Below, piece after piece: positions 20,222 to 29,922 of a stretch of DNA of 64,000 nt. The DNA is from a virus (Duplodnaviria > Heunggongvirae > Uroviricota > Caudoviricetes), in IMG/VR virus record IMGVR_UViG_3300034157_000063; one strand, 5' to 3'. Under the pieces are notes generated by a model. That model saw only the letters and a program-made list of their open reading frames with translations, did not search any database and had not been told where the DNA came from. Made by a program: the position numbers and the translations under genes. Position 1 is the first letter of the stretch. Each line of letters opens with the position of its first letter.

Positions 20222-21289
20222 ATGAAGTCTTTAAAGGATCTTCCATCCATACGTCAAGTTAGACTTGATCACATGTTAGAGATAACACCACAACCAGACA
20301 ATACATGCCCTTTGATAGATCCTTTAATCTATTTGGGGCAACGCCGAAGTCCTATCTACGACCTTGACATTGAATACGATCCAAAGCATTTGTTGCTGGA
20401 TGAGAAAAGTCTTGCTGAACGTATTGAAACGCTTGAAAAATGGGCCAGTGAAGTGGTTGATGTTTATTCAATATTAGATAAATCCATTATTGATAATGAT
20501 GATATCGTTAATATGGACGACTATATAAAAGATATTACAGACAGAATATCATGGAATAAAATGTATGAAGTGGGTTGCAGTGTCAAAAGCATTAATGACC
20601 TTATTTATGATTGGCAAGATAAGCATAATTATTACTTACGTGTTGAACGAGAACTCGATAATGCTCAAAAAGAACATGACCAGTTAGAAAGTAATTTTGA
20701 CTGTGAACCAGAAGATGACGGTTATGAAGATGCTGTTGCTGCGATAGCAGCAGCGAAGGCTGCAGTTGAAGACATTAATGAAAAACTTGAAGAGTTAAAA
20801 GATGACTTTAATTCTGATGTTTCTAAACCTTTTGAGAAAGAACTTAATGCCTTCACTGAATTAATGGAATCTATTCGATCAAATAATGATGAATTACGAC
20901 ATGCTGTTGTTTATTTAAGAGACATGGTTATTGAATATGCCCACAATGATTTTAATGTTACCCAACCAATGGACTATCTAAAAAAACTCGAAACAGGCAA
21001 ACCAGATGAAATATCATTAGGGCTTGTTGATAAGGCTTATTACTCCCATACATTTGAAAAATTAACTGAATACCTCAATAAGCATGATGTCATAAATAAT
21101 ATAGCAAAGATATTATTAAAAAGATGTGATGACGTTGAACCTTTGTTAGACTTTTTGAAGAAGGCTGGTTATACCACAATACGATATTATGATGATCCGA
21201 TTACTAGTATAAAACACCCAGAACTCTACAAAGAAGTAAATTTTAGTCAAGAGTTAATAAATGAAAGTAAACTTAAACCGAGAATTTAA
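20222..21289 (+). CDS. acidic coiled-coil protein, paralog A
   Basis: QPxNTCPLI and QPMxYLKKLETG shared with next gene. Confidence 0.8.
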   Translation: MKSLKDLPSIRQVRLDHMLEITPQPDNTCPLIDPLIYLGQRRSPIYDLDIEYDPKHLLLDEKSLAERIETLEKWASEVVDVYSILDKSIIDNDDIVNMDDYIKDITDRISWNKMYEVGCSVKSINDLIYDWQDKHNYYLRVERELDNAQKEHDQLESNFDCEPEDDGYEDAVAAIAAAKAAVEDINEKLEELKDDFNSDVSKPFEKELNAFTELMESIRSNNDELRHAVVYLRDMVIEYAHNDFNVTQPMDYLKKLETGKPDEISLGLVDKAYYSHTFEKLTEYLNKHDVINNIAKILLKRCDDVEPLLDFLKKAGYTTIRYYDDPITSIKHPELYKEVNFSQELINESKLKPRI

Positions 21290-21290
21290 T

Positions 21291-22373
21291 ATGAAATCAT
21301 TAAAAGAGTTATCATCCATTAGTCAAATTAAAGAAGATACGTTATTAGGGATTACTAATCAACCACCGAATACATGTCCTTTGATTAATACCCTTATCTT
21401 TAATAGCGAACGTTCATCTGTTGTTTATGAAATAGACATCTTATTTAATCCAGAAGATATGTATTTAACATTGCATGAATTACAAGACCGTGTGGCCCAA
21501 TTACAGCAGTGGGCGGTTGATGTTAGTAACTTATTTGATGATGCGGATAAAGACTTAATTCCAGAAGCTCACAGAGAAGATATGCTTGAATATTATACAG
21601 ACGTTGAAGAACGATTGAATCATGACTACCTTGATGAAGTAGAAAGACAAGCCACCAACATTAATAAAGTGATTAAAGAGTGGGAAACACTACATGAATC
21701 TTATGTTGAGGAAGAGAAAGAGCTTAATGAAGAAAATGATCAACTGGCTCGTTTTGAGTCAGATTTCGAAGATCTCGACGTGGATGATGATGACTATATT
21801 GATAATAAATATGATTTGCAAGAAAAAATAGAAAGAAGTAAAAATGATATTTATCAAATAGAAAAATCGTTAAGCAAGACTAAAACAAAGTTTGAAAACA
21901 ATGTTGAACGTGGGTTTGCTGATGATGCAGCAGAGTTTTCGGAGTTACTTGAAAAATTAAGAAGTAATAACGATAACATGAGAACAAGTACACATAATTT
22001 AAAGAAAGAACTGGTTCAGTTTATGGATAAAACCGTTAACTTATTGCAGCCAATGGCCTATCTTAAAAAACTTGAAACAGGTCGTGACAATGAAATCTCA
22101 CTCGGACTTATTGATAAAAGCAATGTGTTTGTAAATTACAGTAGAATTGGTCAATATCTTCTCGATAAAGGCGTTATTACACAAATTCAACGTGACGTAA
22201 TAGGTAAAACAAGAGATATTGATTCATTAGTCGATATGATGCACAGTTTAGGTTATAAAACGGTAAGATATTACACATCAGAAGATAAATATGTCAGTAA
22301 TCCAGAAATCTATTTTGAAAAGAATATCAAAAACAAACAAGGAAATAATTATAATATTATTCCTAAAATATAA
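21291..22373 (+). CDS. acidic coiled-coil protein, paralog B
   Basis: Start MKSLKEL aligns with paralog A. Confidence 0.8.
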   Translation: MKSLKELSSISQIKEDTLLGITNQPPNTCPLINTLIFNSERSSVVYEIDILFNPEDMYLTLHELQDRVAQLQQWAVDVSNLFDDADKDLIPEAHREDMLEYYTDVEERLNHDYLDEVERQATNINKVIKEWETLHESYVEEEKELNEENDQLARFESDFEDLDVDDDDYIDNKYDLQEKIERSKNDIYQIEKSLSKTKTKFENNVERGFADDAAEFSELLEKLRSNNDNMRTSTHNLKKELVQFMDKTVNLLQPMAYLKKLETGRDNEISLGLIDKSNVFVNYSRIGQYLLDKGVITQIQRDVIGKTRDIDSLVDMMHSLGYKTVRYYTSEDKYVSNPEIYFEKNIKNKQGNNYNIIPKI

Positions 22374-22393
22374 TAATAAAAAACAGGCATTTA

Positions 22394-23017
22394 ATGAGTA
22401 ATAATAAAACAGCAATTAGAGAATATGTACGAGTCGTTTACAAATTGCACAAAATGACAATGGAAAAACTTGATTATTTTATTAATCTACCCTCTACAAA
22501 ATGTGAATCTCTTAAAAGTATTGGAAACAGTGACAATATTATTATCGACATTTATAAATTGAATGGTTATATGAAATACAATATTTTAACATTCTATCAC
22601 GAGTATGTTAAAGACCTTTATTCTTTTATCAATGACTACTGCGAGAAATATAACATTGATAAACCACCGCTTGATACTGATATGTGGATATTTAATTATG
22701 AAATTAAATCTACGATTCAATTGGTAGAAAGTAAAATTGAAACCAACCCAGTCGTGAACGGGCTTACTAATCAAGAAATTATTGATAACATTAACACACT
22801 GTTTGAAAGTATAGCTTTATTGATTACCCTAGAAGAGAGGATACGTTTATTTACAAATTATGAAAGATTGAATTTATTAGAAGGTCGTAGTTTTAAGTTT
22901 TTAAGAAGTAACCAATTATTTGATAGAATTCAAAACCTTTTTAATAGTTATCCGCAATCAGGTCATTACAATACTTTAAAAACATCGTTTCTAACTGCAC
23001 GGGATAAGTTAATTTGA
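22394..23017 (+). CDS. hypothetical protein
   Basis: 207-aa ORF downstream of the paralog pair. Confidence 0.65.
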   Translation: MSNNKTAIREYVRVVYKLHKMTMEKLDYFINLPSTKCESLKSIGNSDNIIIDIYKLNGYMKYNILTFYHEYVKDLYSFINDYCEKYNIDKPPLDTDMWIFNYEIKSTIQLVESKIETNPVVNGLTNQEIIDNINTLFESIALLITLEERIRLFTNYERLNLLEGRSFKFLRSNQLFDRIQNLFNSYPQSGHYNTLKTSFLTARDKLI

Positions 23018-23082
23018 TGACAATATAGATATTAAAAAATAATCATAAAAAAAGCAACCATGAAGGCTGCTTTTTCTTTTTC

Positions 23083-23505
23083 TTAATCTCTATCTCCACG
23101 CGGTCTATCAGGACGACCACCATGATCGTTTCCATTTCCCGGTCTAGGACCGTTACCATTTGGTCTACCATGATTATCAGGTCTGCCATGACCATTGTTA
23201 TAGTCAGGTCTATGTGGACGGTTAGGTCTGTAATCATGTCCCGGTCTATTATAATGAGGTCTATAATCTGGCCTTCTATCATTGTAGTAAGGTCTATATA
23301 CAGGTCTTGGATACACATACACTGGTGCTGGTTGATAATAAATCTGTGGACGAACAACGGTTTCTGTATAAATCATAGAACTTCCAGATGGAACATACTG
23401 CGATCTTGTTGTTGTTTCTGTATAGCTGTATGAATCATCATAATAAGGATCAGCAATACATCCACTTAGTGTGAACAATAATGGGATGCCGAATAGGAAT
23501 TTCAT
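23083..23505 (-). CDS. lipoprotein with Arg-Pro low-complexity repeats
   Basis: Lipobox LSGC; RPxY/RPxx repeats; GAGG RBS. Confidence 0.75.
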   Translation of the reverse strand: MKFLFGIPLLFTLSGCIADPYYDDSYSYTETTTRSQYVPSGSSMIYTETVVRPQIYYQPAPVYVYPRPVYRPYYNDRRPDYRPHYNRPGHDYRPNRPHRPDYNNGHGRPDNHGRPNGNGPRPGNGNDHGGRPDRPRGDRD

Positions 23506-23682
23506 AAGTGCCTCAGAGATGTTTGTTTAATACTTACATCTTATTCCTATTTTATAGAAAGTAAATCAATATTGTTCTTATTTACAATCAATTTACTCTT
23601 TTTTTACTTATGATTTAAGAAAAATGTTGACTTAATCTCTTTGTTTTGTTAGAGTGAAAGTAATTTCAAAAAGGACAAACAC

Positions 23683-23733
23683 ATGAAACATATTAATTTT
23701 TCAAACATTGTTGGTGGTGCCCGTCAAACTTAA
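23683..23733 (+). CDS. GlyRS leader peptide MKHINFSNIVGGARQT
   Basis: AAGGA RBS; tandem GGT-GGT; followed by terminator then GlyRS. Confidence 0.8.
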   Translation: MKHINFSNIVGGARQT

Positions 23734-23774
23734 ATGTTTTGGCGTATACCTGTTTGTCCTTTGACAATGACACG

Positions 23775-23797
23775 AACCGCCTAACGGCGGTTTTTTT
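23775..23797 (+). terminator. attenuator terminator upstream of GlyRS
   Basis: AACCGCC-TAAC-GGCGGTT + T-tract in the 5' leader. Confidence 0.85.
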
Positions 23798-23834
23798 ATG
23801 CTTGAAATTTAACAAACTAACTAGGAGAACTATC

Positions 23835-24590
23835 ATGGAATTTATTTACAACTTTAATGCTTTACCTTTTTTAAACAAACGAGACTTGATGTTGAAAGAC
23901 TATCTGATTAAACGGATGGAATTTGAAATTCAAGAGTTACTTTTTGCTCAAAATAAATCATGGCGATTTGTACAAATAGAAGCACCTTGCTTAATTCCGA
24001 GAGAATTAGTCAATGCCAATTATACAGATGAAGATATCTGGGTGCAGGAACAACATAATCATGACGCTATTGTGCTTAAACCTGAAACCACAGCAAGTTC
24101 CTATTTGTATATGGAACATCTTTTAAAATCTCAGGAATACATGCCACCATTGTGTGTATGGCAGACATCAAAGAGTTTTAGAAGAGAGCAAGATCAAGTA
24201 ACCAAACACTGTAGATACAAAGAATTCTATCAACAAGAATTTCAATGCTTATATACAAAAGACACAAAGAATAATTACCAAGAAAGTATTATAGAACCAT
24301 TGGCCCAAATATTCTTAGATGTTGTTGCTCTACCTGTCAGAATTGTGCTTTCAGATAGATTGCCTGATTATTCTTTGAAAACGATTGATATAGAAGTATT
24401 CAATAATGATAAATGGATGGAAGTGTGTTCAGTGTCATTAAGAAAAGATTTTACTTATCAGCCTATAGTTAAGAACCAACCAAGAGACTGTTTTGTTCTG
24501 GAAATCGCTTTTGGTCTTGAACGTTTAATCTATAATATTAATCAAAGACAAACAGTGTTTAAAGAATTAGTTGTCACAAATGAACTATAA
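23835..24590 (+). CDS. glycine--tRNA ligase (alpha2/GlyRS-1 type), catalytic core only
   Basis: LKPETT, KSFRRE (motif 2), KEFYQQEFQ, YSxKTIDIE, WMEVCS..RKDF, LEIAFGLERL (motif 3); no anticodon-binding domain; AGGAG RBS. Confidence 0.8.
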   Translation: MEFIYNFNALPFLNKRDLMLKDYLIKRMEFEIQELLFAQNKSWRFVQIEAPCLIPRELVNANYTDEDIWVQEQHNHDAIVLKPETTASSYLYMEHLLKSQEYMPPLCVWQTSKSFRREQDQVTKHCRYKEFYQQEFQCLYTKDTKNNYQESIIEPLAQIFLDVVALPVRIVLSDRLPDYSLKTIDIEVFNNDKWMEVCSVSLRKDFTYQPIVKNQPRDCFVLEIAFGLERLIYNINQRQTVFKELVVTNEL

Positions 24591-24591
24591 T

Positions 24592-24622
24592 CATATAGAT
24601 GCTTCGGCATCTATATGTTTTA
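24592..24622 (+). terminator. intrinsic terminator
   Basis: CATATAGATGC-TTCG-GCATCTATATG + T. Confidence 0.85.
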
Positions 24623-24725
24623 TTATGTTTATTTCGTTATTATATTGACTTTTTTGTGTGTATTGTTAACTTATATTAAGTCGTATCACTAAATATAACA
24701 ATGAATTTCAAATAAAGGCTAAATT

Positions 24726-25214
24726 ATGAATGAAAATGAAAATAATGAATTATTAAAAACAATGTTTAAATGCGGTTTGCAATTATTAATGATTGCAGGT
24801 GTTCTTGCTATCATTGTTGGAATAGCCAAAGTGACTAACTACTATTCAGCTAATATATGGAGTGCTGTATTATTCGTTAATAATTTATTTTTACCAAGTA
24901 AGCATTTTATTCAAGATAATATCTGGTATTTTGTGGCTACATTAGGTGTTTTTGTGCTATGGCTAATTTGCGTCTTTGCAAAAACGCCAAAAGAACATGT
25001 TAAAAGTTTAATGACATTAACGAAAATATTGGCAGGAGTTTTGGTGTGTTGTGAAATCCTTCTTCTTTGTGTTGCGGATATGAATGAAGGCGGTTTATCT
25101 GGGGTATTGTTTCTTGTTTCATTTATTTTTCTTGTTGCTATTTGTGCGTTTATGCATGATTTGATTACTGAGATTTCAAATACTAAATTGAAGTTAATTA
25201 AAAAAAATCAATAA
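24726..25214 (+). CDS. membrane protein (family with 36261 and 36822)
   Basis: About four TM segments; KC..QL and LWxxCVFxK motifs shared. Confidence 0.7.
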   Translation: MNENENNELLKTMFKCGLQLLMIAGVLAIIVGIAKVTNYYSANIWSAVLFVNNLFLPSKHFIQDNIWYFVATLGVFVLWLICVFAKTPKEHVKSLMTLTKILAGVLVCCEILLLCVADMNEGGLSGVLFLVSFIFLVAICAFMHDLITEISNTKLKLIKKNQ

Positions 25215-25264
25215 TATAACAATTATAAAAAAAGAGGCAGGAGCCTCTTTTTCTACATCTGCGA

Positions 25265-25711
25265 TTAGTTTTCTTCTACAATGTACTCAATACCATCGTT
25301 ATCGAAATACGTGATCAATTCAATATCAATACCACACATGAAACGACCATCTTCTGTTGGCATTCCCAAATCGGTGCCTACATCAATAAAGAACTCTTTG
25401 CCATCTTTAATAACCATGACACCATCATCTTGGTACCATTCCATTTTCTCACAACCCGCATTCTCAGCCAGTGTTTCAAAATCAATATCATTACCGGGAT
25501 AACCGTAGCCAGTTCTTGATTTGGTGATTTCATCTTTGACCGCCTTGAAACATTCAAGGAAGCTACTAAGATCATCCAGACTTTCAACACCACTTAGAAC
25601 ATAAGGTGGCAAGGAATTCCAAATATCACGCTCATTCACATCGGTGTGGCAGGTCTTATATTGAATGCAAAATTGATTTTTTGGATGTTCAACTTTCTTT
25701 AATGTGAGCAT
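25265..25711 (-). CDS. hypothetical protein (paralog of 2654..3142)
   Basis: GAGG RBS; shared termini. Confidence 0.75.
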   Translation of the reverse strand: MLTLKKVEHPKNQFCIQYKTCHTDVNERDIWNSLPPYVLSGVESLDDLSSFLECFKAVKDEITKSRTGYGYPGNDIDFETLAENAGCEKMEWYQDDGVMVIKDGKEFFIDVGTDLGMPTEDGRFMCGIDIELITYFDNDGIEYIVEEN

Positions 25712-25887
25712 AAGTAGACCTCTTGATTGAGTGATGATTATACCATAAATCCATATTTATTTCAAATTTTTCTTTATCTTAACGACTTTTCATGTTACTT
25801 TTTGAAACATTATTTTCGTTTAATCTTGTTATTATGACTTATTGTCGTATAGTTATAATAGTTAGCTTAAATTAAATGGGAGTCTAC

Positions 25888-26241
25888 ATGAAAAGTTTCA
25901 AATCAATTGCTATAATATCTTCATATCTTATAGTCATTGTTGCTATGCTAGTTCTTTTACTGGGTTACAATAAAACAATTACTTCTATCGAGAAAGATGG
26001 AAAGCTTACAGGTTTTAGCACTATGAAAGTTAAAGGTGTTAAAGTGGATGTTGCTAATGTTCTCACCAATGATGGTCAAAAAATTAAAGTGAGTTATTCC
26101 TGTTTGACAGGCACAAGAGAGATTGGAACCAATTTATCCATTGTGATTACTGAACGTGTAACGACTATTGCCTTTATAGAATTTAAGAAAGACACTGCAA
26201 CGACATTATCATCCAACATCTGTATCAAATATAAAGTTTAA
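25888..26241 (+). CDS. membrane-anchored hypothetical protein
   Basis: GGAG RBS; N-terminal TM. Confidence 0.7.
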   Translation: MKSFKSIAIISSYLIVIVAMLVLLLGYNKTITSIEKDGKLTGFSTMKVKGVKVDVANVLTNDGQKIKVSYSCLTGTREIGTNLSIVITERVTTIAFIEFKKDTATTLSSNICIKYKV

Positions 26242-26307
26242 TTCAGTGTTATTTGTTGAAAATCTTTATAAATAATGATATATTATTGCGACTATGAGGA
26301 TTATACC

Positions 26308-26805
26308 ATGAATACAACCGTTATTTCAGTCGCTGGTGATGTTGCTCTTAAAAGTGGTCCTGTTCAATTTGGTGAAAATGATTGGCCGGGAACCTTCTTA
26401 ACCATCAGTTATATTAAGAAAAATATCAAACCTGCAGAAGAAATTAAACCAGAGAATGTATTGGATGCCGATGGCTTTTCAAAGATGTATATCAATTCTT
26501 TCTATAATAATCTAGTCTCCCAGATCAATGAACCACTGTATGATAACGTCATTACAGTTGATGAAATCACGCATGATGTTCAAGAATTAAATGACATCGA
26601 CATTCAATTTGAAAACAAATCACTGAACCGTGTTGAAACTGGGTTTGTGACTGTCAACGGACAGCATGGTTACTTTATTCGTGGTGACGCTTCAGCTTAT
26701 ATTGTTTATACACTATCACTACGTTCTTCTTTGTCGGATGAAGAATCTGCTTTTTCTGAGCTTATGTCAAAATCTATTGTCGGTGGATTTCAATTTAAAT
26801 CTTGA
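26308..26805 (+). CDS. hypothetical protein
   Basis: GAGG RBS; two related segments (SGPVQFGENDWPGTF / ETGFVTVNGQHGYF). Confidence 0.7.
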   Translation: MNTTVISVAGDVALKSGPVQFGENDWPGTFLTISYIKKNIKPAEEIKPENVLDADGFSKMYINSFYNNLVSQINEPLYDNVITVDEITHDVQELNDIDIQFENKSLNRVETGFVTVNGQHGYFIRGDASAYIVYTLSLRSSLSDEESAFSELMSKSIVGGFQFKS

Positions 26806-26864
26806 TAACACGTTGTGATTGTGGTATCATTCTCGCCTATTATATTTTATGAGGCTTTACAAAA

Positions 26865-27353
26865 ATGAAAATTAAAAGCGGTTTTGCATTCTTCTGGACG
26901 ACTAAAGACTACATGTCAAATTGGCATCTATCTCCCTTTACTATTGATGGTGTTCAATTCAATTGTGCTGAACAATGGATGATGTATGCAAAGGCCATGC
27001 TCTTTGGTGATACAGACATTGCAAAAGAGGTGTTGGCCGAACCTATTCCACGTAATCAAAAAGCGTTAGGTCGTAAAGTCAAAGGTTTTGTATCCGAGGT
27101 TTGGGAAAATGAATGTTTTGCAATCATGGTGAAAGGTTGCCTTCAAAAGTTTCTTCAAAATCCACACCTGAAAGAACAGTTACTGGCTACTGATGACTTG
27201 GTGCTGGTTGAAGCTTCACCCCATGATACTATTTGGGGTATCGGTATGGATGAGAACCATCCTGACGCTACCAATCCAGAAAAATGGCTTGGGCTGAATT
27301 TGCTAGGTCTTGTTCTAATCGAAGTTCGTCGTCTTTTGCGAGAACAACCTTAA
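26865..27353 (+). CDS. NADAR (YbiA-family) N-glycosidase
   Basis: SNW, AEQWMMYAKAMLFGD, KALGRKVKGF, KFLQN, LVEASPHDTIWGIG, GLNLLG. Confidence 0.92.
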   Translation: MKIKSGFAFFWTTKDYMSNWHLSPFTIDGVQFNCAEQWMMYAKAMLFGDTDIAKEVLAEPIPRNQKALGRKVKGFVSEVWENECFAIMVKGCLQKFLQNPHLKEQLLATDDLVLVEASPHDTIWGIGMDENHPDATNPEKWLGLNLLGLVLIEVRRLLREQP

Positions 27354-27451
27354 ATAATTAAAGAAGTGGCTTAGGCCACTTTTTTTTTTATTCTTTATTG
27401 ATAATGTCTCGTTGAAATGATATACTCTTCGAATTACTTTATGGAGCTAAA

Positions 27452-28996
27452 ATGAGCAAATTTAAAAATTGGGCAATTGATGCCACAATCAACAACGGTT
27501 GGACGATGCACCGTTATCATACTTTCATTGAAGAATCTACCCAAGTTGAATACTTACGCTCTCAGATTCCTTTCTTCTTTGCTGTCCAAGCATTCCCACG
27601 TTTCCTTGCTAAATTAGTTAGCCAGATTGAAACCAGTGAAGACCGCTTGCTTGTGGTCGAAAATCTATGGGAAGAACATGGAAATGGTAATAAGACCCAC
27701 TTTCATACCTCTACTTTTAAAGAATTTCTAACAGCTCTTGGTTGGGATGGTCAATTTCACCAAAATCCTTGGATTCAAGAGTGGATCTTAAAAGTCTTGA
27801 GCAAAGATATGTCTGCTGGTGCTTATGCGGCTTATTTGGCTGGTATTGAGTATGCTTATGCTCCTATCAGTAAAACCATTGCTGATCATGTAAAGACGCT
27901 TGATTTGGTCACTGCACAATCCCATTATGCGGTTCACTCAGAACTGGATTGGATTCATGGTGATGAGTTGTTGAGTGTGGCTGTTAACTTGGAACAAGAT
28001 GAAGATGTTGTAAAAGCAGCTTTCAATGCCGGTCAGGATGAATTCTTGGAGCTTTACAATCATATGGTGATTGTGACGGCACATGAAATGAAAAAAGTTA
28101 ATGAAGAAGGTATTTCATTTTACTATACCCGAGAAGACAGCTCACCTGAAATTAAAGCTATCAATGACACCTGCAAGAAAAATGGTGAAAACAATATCCT
28201 TATGATTGCATCAGGTGGTGAAACCATCATTGATATGTTGGGCCTTCCATGCCATTTGCAAATTGATGCGGTGGACATGAACATCAATCAGATTAATCTT
28301 TGTAAATATAAAATCCTTGAATTGTTGGCGGATTCCCGTTATTACAACAAGGAAGAAAATTTCAGTGGTAAATTCGAACAAGTATTCCTAAAAATTAGAA
28401 CATCGTTTAATTATCATGGGAATGGTTTGTTGAGTGATTACATCAAAGAATCACCAGTAGCCCGTCAAAAACTAAAATATATTGTGAATGAATTGTTTTC
28501 AAATGAGAACTTATCTCATGTATTCAGTGACAGAGCGACTAAATATTCATCAGAAAGTTTTGCTGATCACTTTTATAATGTTTTTATTAAAGCGTGTGAA
28601 AGTAAAATTGAAAGTTCGATTACTCGTAGAAACATTGAGAACATTATTGATGGTATTGATATTCACCCTACTCATAACTCTCAATCTGCGTTGAAAGCAA
28701 ACCACTTTAAACATACGATTCAGTATATTCATGGTGATTTTGAGTCGTTGGATGTTAACAAGAAATATAAAGTCGTGTCCATTTCCAACATTGGTGACTG
28801 GATGAGTTTGGAAGACTACAAGAAAGTCATTCTGGATGTTAAGAGCCGTTTGTCTGATGATGGTGTGATTATTTGTCGTAAATTGTTAGGTGATTATAAT
28901 TTGAACAGGTTATTGGTAGATTGTGGATTTAAAGTGAAATCAGATTATGATGTCACATGGTTTTATTCAGAAGTGGCTGTTGGTGTAAATGGTTAA
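27452..28996 (+). CDS. heme-oxygenase-like diiron oxidase (CADD/PqqC-like) fused to SAM-dependent DUF3419/BtaA-like domain
   Basis: ENLWEEHG..H, AGIEY, HYAVHSELDWIH ligands; IASGGE, DAVDMNINQ, SNIGDW. Confidence 0.7.
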   Translation: MSKFKNWAIDATINNGWTMHRYHTFIEESTQVEYLRSQIPFFFAVQAFPRFLAKLVSQIETSEDRLLVVENLWEEHGNGNKTHFHTSTFKEFLTALGWDGQFHQNPWIQEWILKVLSKDMSAGAYAAYLAGIEYAYAPISKTIADHVKTLDLVTAQSHYAVHSELDWIHGDELLSVAVNLEQDEDVVKAAFNAGQDEFLELYNHMVIVTAHEMKKVNEEGISFYYTREDSSPEIKAINDTCKKNGENNILMIASGGETIIDMLGLPCHLQIDAVDMNINQINLCKYKILELLADSRYYNKEENFSGKFEQVFLKIRTSFNYHGNGLLSDYIKESPVARQKLKYIVNELFSNENLSHVFSDRATKYSSESFADHFYNVFIKACESKIESSITRRNIENIIDGIDIHPTHNSQSALKANHFKHTIQYIHGDFESLDVNKKYKVVSISNIGDWMSLEDYKKVILDVKSRLSDDGVIICRKLLGDYNLNRLLVDCGFKVKSDYDVTWFYSEVAVGVNG

Positions 28997-29008
28997 TCGG
29001 AGTGAATA

Positions 29009-29800
29009 ATGAAAATTAAAACCTTAGATCTAGAAGATTGGAAAGTAAGATGTTCATACAGTGAACAATTAAAGAACTTTGAGAATGAATTCACTTATCC
29101 ATTAGGTGATAAATCCTTTTATATTCGACATGGGTATCAAGGTGCCTATGATTACTTTTCATTCTTTGAACAACTAGGTGAAGTTCATTATATGGTTGTT
29201 GAAGATGATGATAACAAGGTTATTGGTGCGGGCTGTGCCGTTCTCCGGCATTTGAATGGTGAAAATATTTGGTATTTGTGTGACTTTAAAATTATGAAAA
29301 GTTTTAGAGGTAAACACATCTTGGAAAAAATGTTGCTAAAATATTTTTTCAGATTCTACAAAAAGTCTCAAAAGATGTATTTTGTCAACATGAGTCATCA
29401 GAAAGATAACCGCTTAATTAAGCGTGTAACTGGATTGTTTCATTTGTTTCCTATCAAAGCTGTTGATCTTTACTTCTTTGAATGGACAATGAAAGAATTT
29501 ACTGCAGATAATCTTAATTTCGATGATTACATAATTTTAACGAATAAAAACAAGAAAGATATTGTGGTTGATGATGAAATTTTTGATATTTATCATGTGA
29601 TTGATAAAAACTCATACATTGATGTTGATAAATTTCATATAGCTGACTTATCTAAAATCAAGAGCACTGATACTCTAATGTATAGCAGTCCGATGAATGA
29701 AAGCGTAGAAAAAATACTACAATTCAGAAAACCATCTACTATTGGTAGCTTTGTTAGCCATCGTTTTAAAATTGAAAATTATTACAGTGTTGAAATTTAA
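29009..29800 (+). CDS. GNAT-family acyltransferase
   Basis: WYLCDFKIMKSFRGKHI acyl-CoA motif; 12 nt after upstream gene. Confidence 0.7.
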   Translation: MKIKTLDLEDWKVRCSYSEQLKNFENEFTYPLGDKSFYIRHGYQGAYDYFSFFEQLGEVHYMVVEDDDNKVIGAGCAVLRHLNGENIWYLCDFKIMKSFRGKHILEKMLLKYFFRFYKKSQKMYFVNMSHQKDNRLIKRVTGLFHLFPIKAVDLYFFEWTMKEFTADNLNFDDYIILTNKNKKDIVVDDEIFDIYHVIDKNSYIDVDKFHIADLSKIKSTDTLMYSSPMNESVEKILQFRKPSTIGSFVSHRFKIENYYSVEI

Positions 29801-29922
29801 TTTTTTTGAGGTGCTTATTATAATTGAACAATAATTATGACATTTTTAAAAATTTAATGATATGTTATAATTAATAAAAAAATAACGTTTTATTTTTTCT
29901 AGTTTAATAAATAATATTAAAA

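Noticed and set aside
23043-23433. Alternative-frame ORFs over the RP-repeat lipoprotein
   Set aside because: Shadows of repetitive codons; the lipobox frame has the RBS
23739-23834. ORF-track N-terminal extension of GlyRS
   Set aside because: TTG start without RBS runs through the attenuator; ATG 23835 has AGGAG
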